NCBI RefSeq assembly: GCF_001194135.2
Contig: NC_068994.1
Coordinates: forward strand, 869,534 to 933,533
DNA from: Octopus bimaculoides
Lineage: Eukaryota
Direction of reading: 5' to 3'
Length of the DNA: 64,000 nt
In this document: positions 1-10,013 of the stretch, in pieces
Layout: each line of letters starts with the position of its first letter
Position numbering within the stretch: position 1 is the stretch's first letter
The notes under the pieces: generated by a model
Databases searched by the model: none
The model's input: only the letters and a program-made list of their open reading frames with translations
Told to the model about the DNA's origin: nothing
Program-made: the position numbers and the translations under genes

Positions 1-319
1 ACGGAAACCCTACTTTTTTTTTCTGTCTAGGGCTTATATGCCCCCAATATTAGACTCTTTTCTTTAGTCATTACACGGTGATCGCTGATAAGCTTACCAA
101 AAATAATCGCATATATATATATAGACAGAAAAAAAAAGTAGGGTTTCCGTACGCAAGGAATTCGAACCTACAGCTCTTTGTTTTCGCGACAAGTGTGTTA
201 CCACTACACCAACGTACCCCTATGTGTATAGAAACCCTACTTTTTTTCGTCGAGGACTTATATGCCCCCAAAATTAGACTGTTTTCTTTAGTCATTACAC
301 GGTGATCGCTGATAAGCTT
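1..319. repeat. Compound repeat: perfect 29-bp inverted repeat (1-29 / 122-150) plus ~90-bp direct repeat (4-95 / 231-319)
   Basis: ACGGAAACCCTACTTTTTTTTTCTGTCTA at 1-29 is the exact reverse complement of 122-150. GAAACCCTAC...TTTAGTCATTACACGGTGATCGCTGATAAGCTT occurs at 4-95 and again at 231-319. Confidence 0.9.
147..219 (-). pseudogene. tRNA-like sequence (pseudo-tRNA or SINE head)
   Basis: Minus strand reads GGGTACG-TT-GGTGTAGTGGTAACACA-CTTGTCGCGAAAACAAAG-AGCT-GTAGGTTCGAATTCCTTG-CGTACGG. It has an A box (TGGTGTAGTGG), a B box (GGTTCGAATTCC), 5/7 acceptor pairs and a D stem GTG/CAC. The anticodon loop is non-canonical. It is followed by AAACCCTAC and a T9 run. Confidence 0.65.
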
Positions 320-344
320 TGAGCTTATAAAATATTAAACACAC

Positions 345-382
<38 letters not shown>

Positions 383-1010
383 TATGTGAGCGCCGATATA
401 TGTTGTGTCACTAAAAGTTGCATGGAGCACTCAATGCGTATTTTATATTGTTGCACTTTATTGTGATTTGAAGTATTGGAAGACTGGAGTCAACTTCAAC
501 AAATAGGGCCTGTGTGCTTGTGCGCGCTGCTTGGATTTGAACCCTCAGCTATTTGTTAGAGTCTTAGGGGAGCTGTCGTGACCTGCGACGTATCTTCGCC
601 AGTTTTACACCTGACGGGGCCGATCCCTTTCCAGATCTGGCTACAACTGATTTTGCCAGAAAATTACCAAAAAAAGCGAGAACCGACTCCCCGAAAGCAT
701 GAAAAGCAAACACACTGTCTGTCTTAAATCTGCGGCTCAGAGGGCCATCATCAATAACACTAGACAGTGTGTTCGACTTTGTCAGTTCACTGAAAGCGTC
801 TCCTGCCCCCACCCTCTGTAGTTTGTGTATTTGTTGAGGTTTTAACCTGTCGATTGATCCTACTTTTGGGGGGTCAATATATGTACGTGGTGGTGATGTT
901 TGTAGCGAGTGCTCAATACGTTGCTCGGAACAGAGTCGCTGTCTTTATCACATCTTGTCACCACTAACACCATTACTCTCCTCTATATTATATTCTAGGA
1001 ACATTTCCTT

Positions 1011-1132
<122 letters not shown>

Positions 1133-1466
1133 CCTTAGAGTTCTTTTCAGCTACTGGTGTTGGCTGTTAACGGGATATAATCTATTCATACGATTTGTTG
1201 AAATACAGCGAGCTTTCAGTATAATATATCGATCTTCTGTTAATTTTTGTTGTAGTATTTTTATATATCTCTGCCGATCTGTTTAGTGAAATAATTTCCA
1301 ACTTTATCACTCTAATATCGTCATCATTGCAGTTTCTCTTACTGCTGCTGTTGCAGCTGCAGATGCAGCTGCACACTCTCTGCAGCACCCCTCCCCAACT
1401 TTCTTCGGTAGCAGGAAAAATGACGTAGTTTTCTCTACACCCGATTCCCTACAGTGAACCTGTATA

Positions 1467-1516
<50 letters not shown>

Positions 1517-1651
1517 CGTGTTCGTGAATAGAGCCGAGCTTTTCGGCAACAGGTGGCCGTTATCATGAAAGTTTGTAGTTGAGTCAGTGAGAGAGAGACA
1601 TGGCAGTTATATAATGTCATTCAATTATTTCTACATAGAAGCCACTTGTAT

Positions 1652-1703
<52 letters not shown>

Positions 1704-3399
1704 GCACACAGTCTTGCAAATGCCCATCTGGTGAAGTCAGTCAAGATGTTGAATGGAAATATTGGTACAGAAGGGTGGACATTCAGAGTTATCTCATAAA
1801 TATGATATCCAATTCAATGCACAGGAGGTAATAGGCCCAAACCAGATATGCGAACTGTGGGCCCCATTTCAAACTACTCCCCAAATATTTTAGTAACCAC
1901 TGTTAAATGCACACGATTTCTGTGTGGGTTACACTTCTATACATACATATAGCGTGCGTCTGCGCGCGCGCGCATGCGTACATATACATGTAATGCATCT
2001 GAAATAATAGAACTAAAAAAAAAGAAAAAAAGAGAACGATGTACAGAGATATTTGGTTTGCCTGTAATTGGTGAAAGAAAGTCCCCTCATAATCGTAGGT
2101 CCATAGCATCTGGACCAATAATGTTAAATGTTTCTGTTTACCCTCTTATGTCCATTGCTTGTATTTTCATTTGTAGCCCCTAAGGGTGTGGGCAGCCCAT
2201 TACTATTATCAGTTGTTTTCCTTCTCATGTTACTCTAATGACACTTTCCTTGGTTTGACCTGTTTAACATATACCACCTCTCTTCATTTTATGCTACATT
2301 GTTTGGCTGCAGAAAGGACAGCCAAATGTAAAAAAAATTGCTTCTCAAAACAGTCTGAAAGTCAGTGGCCGTGACACAGAGCAAGGAGACTTGTCAGGAA
2401 ATGTCTCTGCACTCAGAAGCATATCACATCTTGTTTAAGAATGTAGTCTGGATATTATCCAGTGTGTCCTTTAATATGATAGTATGCTGTGGTTTCAAGG
2501 AGATTAAGCTGCTATTTCTAGCGTGAGGAGCGATCCCAAAGGTGCTCCAGCATTGGTTCACAACAGCCTTTTAATTTCCATATCTTTTATGTCTGCATTC
2601 AACCTTTCGTTTTAATCAATTTGTAAAAACTTCAGTTTGTCGAACTGTTTCAACAGCCCACAACTATTTCGAAAGCTGTTTTTATGTCAAAACAGACGGA
2701 AAGTAAAAAGGTACAGTTGTTTGCCAAACTCTAAATGTTATGAATGAAATGTCCCCAGGAATATGGTGTAAGATAAGGTGAGAATATGTGCAGGAGTATT
2801 CACAGTAACGTAAATGGCGTGTGATGAAATCCCTGCTATCTGCAAGTGTGGCCCTTCTGCTACCACTCCACCACATAATGTAGCAGTTTTTACAATCATC
2901 TCAACTAATGGGTTCACTGACCATTTTCACGAATATCAATTTATTTCATTGACTAAATTACCATCTCTCTCTCACACACACACACACACAGTGTGGGACT
3001 ACATAATATACAAATAACGTGTGTATGAATATATATATATATGCACGCGCGCGCACACACATACGTATAACTGCGCGCGCACGCACGCAAACACATACAT
3101 ACACCCGTTTAGTATTAACTGTCGGAAAAAAGAGTGCTCAGCACCATAACATTACTGATATTTTATTTTGAGTTAGCCTCTAGCTACTCTGACAATCACC
3201 TGTAGGTATACAACATCTTCAAGCAAGTTTCCCGAAGATCAAGTGTGCCTGTAGGTGAAACGCGGAATGGCAAGAGGCTGACTCGATCATGATGATGATG
3301 ATAGCAGTCCCTTGTGTCTGAACATCATGAGAAAGAGTGGCACCTATATGCAGATATGATTCTGCAACTGCCAGTACGAATACGGTACCTGTCGGTTTT

Positions 3400-3745
3400 C
3401 GTCCCTTTTCCTTCGCTGTTGTTTCTTGCTGTCAGTAATTTTAAAGTGAGATCAGTCCAGTGCAATCCGATCCCACCCTTTAGCCTTGGAGGTTTGACCA
3501 CAATGGTTCAGCGAGCTGAGACGGCTGCGGTGACTAGCAAGCCGTTAGTTTTACATTGCAGTGTCCATCTAAGGGTGGAAAGCTCTACCCACGCTGGAAA
3601 TATGTCAAATAGGGGATCGGACGGCTTGAGAGCCTCCACTCTCTGATTTAATGTCGAGATCGACTCCCCTAGCCCTTTTGTTTCCCAAGGCACTCACAAG
3701 GCAGTGAGGGTTTGTGCTTGGAGTTTCTTCCGTAACATGATAATT
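3400..3745 (-). mobile_element. Probable RTE-clade LINE 5' UTR fragment
   Basis: Minus strand GGAAGAAACTCCAAGCACAAACCCTCACTGCCTTG...AAAAGGGCTAGGGGAG...GTGGAGGCTCTCAAGCCGTCCGA resembles RTE 5' leaders as I recall them. No ORF supports it. Confidence 0.4.
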
Positions 3746-3877
3746 AAACCCATAGCTGGGACCCTGACAGATGTTAAGAGGTGGTTTCACACGCTTCAAA
3801 ATCTGGAACTCTCGAACCAAGGACCCACTACCGGATGTAGTTTAAAATTGTATATCTCTCCCCACATACTCACGCGT

Positions 3878-3998
3878 GCAGGCGTGCAAGGAGCTTGTTT
3901 CCCAGCTACATGGTTTCATGTTCAGTCTCACTTTGGGCAAGTGTCCTCTATTATAGCCTTGGGATTTGGTAGACGAAAACTATAGGAAGCCCGTCGTG
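3878..3998 (+). mobile_element. tRNA-headed SINE with CORE-like CTTTGGGCAAGTGTC block (family B)
   Basis: Shares head and TTGGGCAAGTGTC(C/T)TCTA core with the copies at 6249-6388 (-) and 63025-63102 (-). Confidence 0.65.
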
Positions 3999-4220
3999 CG
4001 TGCGTGTGTTTGTGTGCAAACACATCTGTATACGCGCGCGCGCGCACGTGCAATAAGGCTTCAACAAGTAGAAAAAAACCACTCGATCGGCAAAGAGAGT
4101 AAAAATGGCGAAATTATTATTTCAACTAGGAACTGGGTAGCTGTATTTAATAAAAGTTGTGGTCTTTATTACAACATTTCACACACATACACACAAACGG
4201 ATGTGTGTGTGTGTATATAT

Positions 4221-4446
4221 NNNNNNNNNNNNNNNNNNNNNNNNNNNNNNNNNNNNNNNNNNNNNNNNNNNNNNNNNNNNNNNNNNNNNNNNNNNNNNNN
4301 NNNNNNNNNNNNNNNNNNNNNNNNNNNNNNNNNNNNNNNNNNNNNNNNNNNNNNNNNNNNNNNNNNNNNNNNNNNNNNNNNNNNNNNNNNNNNNNNNNNN
4401 NNNNNNNNNNNNNNNNNNNNNNNNNNNNNNNNNNNNNNNNNNNNNN
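4221..4446. other. Assembly gap (N run)
   Basis: Ns flanked by AT dinucleotide repeats. Confidence 1.
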
Positions 4447-4544
4447 TATATGTATGTATGTGTGTGTGGGAGTGGCAAAGCTAGTCGTTGGAGTACCACT
4501 CTACATGCTTTTGTAGTCAGCCGTCGCCACGAGTCTCTGTTCTC

Positions 4545-4950
4545 TGTCGTAACAGTGTCATGACCTGTTGTGAAACCAGGATCTTCTCTGTTTCTTTTTC
4601 AACTGAGCCCTGAAGGATGTTTTTGGACAGGGAGTTGTGGCGGGGAAACTTGGCCATATCAGACAAGTTTTCATTTCTGTGGTTCCTGTCTACCAGCGCA
4701 TTTGTTCACTTTCTGCCCGACAAAGCTGTTTGTTTTGTGTCCTGTGTGCGGAAAGCATGGCACTCTTCTGGAGCACGTGTGCTCAAACGCCTGGATCACA
4801 GGTACATCGCCTGGAAGTGTCCAGCGCTCACACCCGCACAGAAGGATCGAAGTCACCAAGGACTTGTACATTTTGAGTATCTTTGGAAAATTAATGCAGT
4901 TGCTTTTCCATATGGTGTTTAGCTTTGTTATGGCAGCAGAGACCAAACGT
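4545..4950 (-). mobile_element. RTE (BovB-like) LINE ORF C-terminal fragment, decayed
   Basis: ORF 4671-4946: SAAITKLNTIWKSNCINFPKILKMYKSLVTSILLCGCERWTL...IQAFEHTCSRR...HKTNSFV matches the RTE post-RT motifs LY.SLV.SILLYGCETW and IQAFE.KCLR. Confidence 0.9.
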
Positions 4951-4953
4951 TCA

Positions 4954-5860
4954 CATGAAGGAGTGCTGAAAAGTTCCTAGCTTTAAGGGTATCGTGAAAA
5001 ACCTGGTTGGAGCCCCAACCTGCCAAGTTCTTTTACAGGTCTTAGAAAAACTGAAGGACCGCTGCAATAAGTGTGTGAATCTGAGAGGTATATAAGATGA
5101 ATAATATAATTAATTGATCCTCCTGTATTTTCTTTAAGGGAAGACGAATATCTCAGATTTCAGATGATATGCCTCTGGGCGTTATTAGACTGTGCAAAAC
5201 TGCAAATATTTCACTAAAATGTGGATATTATTCTTGTGTAGTTGGGCATTGTTGTTAAATCAACCACTTCCTGCGTTTTTTGCGTTTTTCTCAAAATGAC
5301 ATTTCTGACTATGAGTAGCAATCTTTAGGTTACACTATCTCCGAGAATAATTGATGCAATGAGCTCTATGTATTACTTTGATACTTACCTAGACGCTGTT
5401 CTAGTGTGATAAGATACACTTCATTTGTTCCAAAAACACTTGAATGCTACTACCCAGGGGTCAAAAATGCTTGAACTGCTGCATATGACAATGAGCAGAC
5501 TCCACAACGGAATCTTGACCAACTTCATCAATGTCTTTGTTTCACCATCTTGTCTGTTGGCATTCCAAGTTAGAGCATATTACCTTTGATAGTTTGGTAG
5601 AAAAATTGACCTAAAATGAGGTTGTGTTTGCCTTGTCGGTCATTTTGAATTTATAATTAGGTCATGAATAGATTATGTGGAAATTTGAATATTATGTTTC
5701 TTAGATAGAACTAACATTGTTCTTGATGGATGCCATATTTGGTTTGCCGGGGTTTTATTTCCGTTGAGTGAGAGCATCTTCAATTTAGGGGTGTTTACCT
5801 ACGTCTGAGGGGTTAGTCTTGTCTTAACCGAAAGCCAGGAACTTTTCAGCACCCCTCGTA
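4954..5860 (+). mobile_element. Mariner-derived MITE (~217 bp when rejoined), split by a nested insertion
   Basis: TIR pair GTGCTGAAAAGTTCCTAGCTTT (left) / AAAGCCAGGAACTTTTCAGCAC-CCCTCGTA (right). Internal remnant LEKLKDRCNKCVNLRG resembles a mariner transposase C-terminus. Confidence 0.85.
5138..5823. mobile_element. 686-bp non-autonomous DNA transposon with TTAA target duplication (Kolobok- or piggyBac-like)
   Basis: TTAA at 5134-5137 and 5824-5827. Ends GGGAAGACGAATATCTCAGA and reverse complement GACAAGACTAACCCCTCAGA match at 14/20 positions. Removing it restores a continuous MITE end. Confidence 0.7.
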
Positions 5861-6062
5861 TATCTTTTATCTTTTACTTGTTTCAGTCATTAGACTGCGG
5901 CCATACTAGGGCACCGCTTTGAATGATTTTTAGTCGAATGAATCGACCCCAGTACTTATTCTATTTTTCAAAGCCTGGTACTTATTCTCTCTGTCACTTT
6001 TGGCCGAAGCGCTAAATTACAGGCAGGTAAGTACAGCAACACCGATGGTCAGTCGGTGGAGG
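5861..6062 (-). mobile_element. SINE-like repeat with (AAAAGAT)n tail (family C)
   Basis: CTTTTACTTGTTTCAGTCATTAGACTGCGGCCAT...GACCCCAGTACTTATT. An opposite-orientation copy lies at 62165-62378 and a fragment at 38460-38512. Confidence 0.75.
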
Positions 6063-6248
6063 GGAGGGCAGACACAAAGACACGCACGCAGACGTATGTG
6101 AATGAACAGAATGCTAACGAAATAAGAAGGTGCGTGGCGTTACATTCAATGATATGTCCAAAAAGATATAATGTATAATAAGTACAAACAAAGGGAACAA
6201 ACGGAAAATACACACATAGAATGTCGCTGTCGTCCAAAGGATCGTTAC

Positions 6249-6388
6249 GGGCTTCTTTCAGTTTCCATCTACCAACTCTTTGGTCGGCCCGAAGCTTTAG
6301 TAGAAAACATTTGCCCAAGGTGCCATGTAGTGGGATTGCACCTGGAGCCATGTAGCCAGGAAGCAAGCTTCTTACACAACCACGTCCG
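6249..6388 (-). mobile_element. Family B SINE copy
   Basis: TTGCCCAAGGTGCCATGTAGTGGGATTGCACC...GAAGCAAGCTTCTTACACAACCACG is the reverse of the 3878 copy. Confidence 0.65.
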
Positions 6389-6927
6389 TGCGCGCGCGCG
6401 CACACACACACACACACACTCTCTCTCTCTCACTTTTTGGTTTAAATCGGCAGAGAATCTCATAAATCAAAAATTCTCTTGAATTAACGTGTCATTAAGA
6501 ACAAGAAAGTTTGTGTTTTACTGGGGACAGGACAGCTGTCTCTTTGTAGGCATGCGTAGTTCATGGCTAAGCACCTTTCGCCATCTCACGGCAATGATAT
6601 TATTGTATGTTCGTCAGTCTGACTCTTTCCATGACATCTTCGTCCGAACAACGATTCTAAGTCAACGCCTGTAGAAGCCAGTTCAGAGTTGACTAGGTTC
6701 TGTTGGTTTTCCCTCACATTTCACAGATACAGTATGACAATGGTTGTGTACAGACGGAGTTCGGTGCTTTGGGAAATAGCAACAGCAACGGCATGTCTCT
6801 ACTCCATTGTTAGCGCACCTCCAGAGTCTAGCCTTTCAGCTGCACTTATTGGCTATTGTCTCCCCAATGCGCGCGCATGCGTATCTTGGGGGTTGCAGTG
6901 GTAAAGTAGTCAAAGTAACGATACTGA

Positions 6928-7118
6928 TTTCAAATATTTGGCACAAGGCCAGCAATTTCGGGGGAGGAGGAAAGTCGATTACATTGACTCCGGTGATCAA
7001 CCGGTACTTATTTTATCGACCGCGACAAAATGAAAGGCAAATTGACCTCAGGGAATTTGAACTCAGAACGTAAAAGCGAACGAAATGCTGGCATGCTGAC
7101 GATTCCGCCAGCATGCCA
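6928..7118 (-). mobile_element. tRNA-headed SINE, family A
   Basis: Reverse strand has CTGAGTTCAAATTCC...TTTGCCTTTCAT...GTCGATAAAATAAGTACC, a domain shared by more than 10 copies in the window. This copy is CpG-rich. Confidence 0.85.
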
Positions 7119-8624
7119 CGTTACTCAAATTATTAATATTAAATGTCAACATTTCATTTTATTCAGAGAATCGAGATGGAAAGAAAGGTAGAAATCTATC
7201 CCCTCCTCCCCCTCCGCAAGCTTATCCAGGAAGAAACACCCGTTCATATTACATCCATCTGAAGAAAACTTGTTTAGTGGCTTGTTGAATCTGCTAACAT
7301 TTAGATCTGATTATTGTTGAACCAGTGAAAAATTGTTGGTAAAACAGAAATTGACCCTTAAGGAGGGCCTTTACATAAACATAGTCCTATTGTGTCTTAA
7401 CACACACAATATTACGTCCCATCACGAAGAAGCTCAGAGTCTGTCGTCCACTTTCATTTTCAATATCTCAAACATGATGAAAACATCTGTAAAACAATCC
7501 CTTTTCAGTTTCCCCCACCTCCTCAATACTTGTGGACGAACTTCATTGGAAGCCATAAAGTTTCCTTTGTTAAACTTAGCCAACGATTAAAGCGAATTCC
7601 TGCTGTGACCATCTCAAACTACAGCATTATCAAATGTTGGGTTTGATTTGGCTGCTACTTCTAGTAGGTCGAATGACCAAACAGAGGCTAACCCAAAGAC
7701 TCATCCCCTGGTCATTTCTGATGATTTTGTAGCAGGGGAGAACAGAGGAGTCAGCAGGGTCAGCGACCGTTAAGAAAAGTGGGTCAAGCGGTACATAAGT
7801 TGTTGATGTTACAAATGTCAGTGGGCTTGCCGCCGCCGCCGCCGTCTTCGTCGGTTTGAAAGGTCTGTTGTTGGGGTTGTGTAGCATTATACTTTAATAT
7901 GGAGAAACGTGTCTTTTTTTTTTGTAACATGAAAATCATTTGTATCGTTCCTCAGTAACCCTTTGCAACAGTAGCATTCCCAGCTACTGATGTGTAATAG
8001 GGGGTTTTACTTACTCTTTCATACCGTATGCTGCAGTAGTAACAGTAATAATAATATCCGACACTACACTTCAAAGTCAAACTATAACATACACAACTGT
8101 TGATAGCGCTATGAATAGAAGCTGTATCGAAATAACCCAACAGCCAATGTGAGAGGGGTTAGAGTTTAAACACGCGGTTTAATATGAAGGTTTGTTTTGT
8201 ATTTAAGATATTTGTTGTCCACAGTCATCAAATTGCTCTTCAATTAAATTTCATGTATTTAATGAGTACAGCTGACCCTCTTAGTAATTAGTTGTGCTAA
8301 ATGACTAAAATACTTTTCATAAAACTGCCTTCTCTCCTCGTTTTATTTTAATAAAATTTCAATTAAGGATTACTGATCTGTTTCATGGCTTTTTCCTTCC
8401 ACACCGTATCTTGTCACTAGTTGTACTTCTCCTCTGCACACTCCTGTTTCCGTAATTCTAAACCACTCTTCTCTTATTCTGTTATGTTCACTGGGGCTGA
8501 CACCTGCTGATACCTAGTTTTTCTCTCACTTCATCTGTTCCCCCCTCCCCCCAGCTTCTATTTTGGTCTTCTATAGTAGGTTGGATGTAGATAGTGTAAG
8601 GTTAACTCTCTGTTGATACTCTTG

Positions 8625-8745
8625 TAGCTGAATAGGCTGGAACAACGTGAAATGAACGCCTTGTTCAAAGAGATAATCTTCTCCAAAAATCGAGCCCACG
8701 ACCTAGGATCGTCAGCCAATGCTTTAACCACTGTGTCATGCGCCT
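8625..8745 (-). mobile_element. tRNA-headed SINE with CORE-like block
   Basis: Minus strand GGCGCATGACACAGTGGTTAAAGCATTGGCTGACGATCCTAGGTCGTGGGCTCGATT...CTTTGAACAAGGCGTTCATTTCACGTTG gives A/B-box spacing plus a core. Confidence 0.6.
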
Positions 8746-9111
8746 TGACGTGTGTTCGTTTTTAGGTTTTTTTTTCTTCCATGAAGCATTGTTTTACAGC
8801 CTGATGCCCTTCTTGTTGCTGACTGTAAATGATCTCATTTTACACGTCGGATTTAGATGTGTCAAAAATCTTATCCCTTTACATATATGACATTTTTTAT
8901 TGTCTGTCAATACATCATCAATGATGTGTTCTGATCTTTTAAAATTTGATTTCACAAGAGATACTTGTTATGGGTTTTAGTTTTGACCGCATACCTTTAA
9001 TGTTGGTTGTTTCCAATATGATTATGAAATGAAAAGTTCTGATCAACACTACAATACCTATCATACTTTTGTGTTAAGTCCGACATATCCAATAGCATTA
9101 CTGTGTTAAAA

Positions 9112-9283
9112 AGTGGCGAGTTGGCAGAAATGTTAGCACATTGGGCGAAATGCTCAGCGGTATTTCGTCTGTCTTTACGTTCTGAGTTCAAATTCCGCTG
9201 AGGTCAACTTTGCCTTTCATCCTTTTGGTTGGGGGCTCCCTTCCCCAAAATTTTGGGCCTTGTGCATAGAGTAGAAAAGAAAT
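9112..9283 (+). mobile_element. Family A SINE
   Basis: GGCGAGTTGGCAGAAATGTTAGCAC...CTGAGTTCAAATTCCGCTGAGGTCAACTTTGCCTTTCATCC...GGCCTTGTGC. Confidence 0.9.
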
Positions 9284-9794
9284 ATATACCTAATAACACT
9301 ACTATGTTAATTAATATATACTTCACGATATGTTAATATTTATCCTGGGTGTAACTTTAAACTGTATTTGGTAGTGGAGCCCTGGTTTGGGGACTCCAGA
9401 GCTTTGAGGAATGCGAAACAAGCTCTTAGCTATTATTGTTGCCTGGGTCTGTTCTAATCTTGAGTTGTAGCACTTGTCAGAGTCCCAACTATGGGTTAAC
9501 TAGCATGTCATAGAACTGCCTCTGGAAGGTCACTCACAGACCCTACCAATGGACCCATGGCCAATGAGGTCCTTCAGCTCTTTAACAGGTCATCTAAGAG
9601 AAGGTGACTCCATACAAATCCTGCATCCTGATAACTACTGGGCTCATGGCATTTGTTACATCAGATCAATACAAGTCTGGAAGACAGGAGAGTGGGATTG
9701 GGCTCTGCACAAACCATGCCCACCATGATAGTAGTCATCATACAAGATGTACAGCAAACCAAGACACTAGCACCCACACCATCTGCTTTCTTAT

Positions 9795-10013
9795 TTTTTT
9801 ATTGCCCACAAGGGGCTAAACATAGAGGGGAAAAACAAAGACAGACAAAGGGATTCACTCGATTACATCAACTCCAGTGCGTAACTGGTACTTAATCTAT
9901 CGACCCTGAAAGGTAAAGTCGACCTCGGTGGATTTTGAACTCAGAATGTAACAGCAGACGAAATACTGCTAAACATTTCGCCCCGTGTGCTAACGTTTCT
10001 GCCAGCTCACCAT
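9795..10013 (-). mobile_element. Family A SINE
   Basis: Reverse complement of the 9112 copy: CTGCCAGCTCACC, TTTGAACTCAGAA, CTGGTACTTAATCTATCGACCC. Confidence 0.9.

Noticed and set aside
3966-4563. Long ORFs containing X runs (also 23240-23574, 24482-24758, 30776-31363)
   Set aside because: Their length comes from N-gaps that lack stop codons.
5381-5392. ATACTTACCT resembling the U1 snRNA 5' end (also 63250)
   Set aside because: Only 9-10 nt match with no downstream U1 stems; both lie inside transposons.
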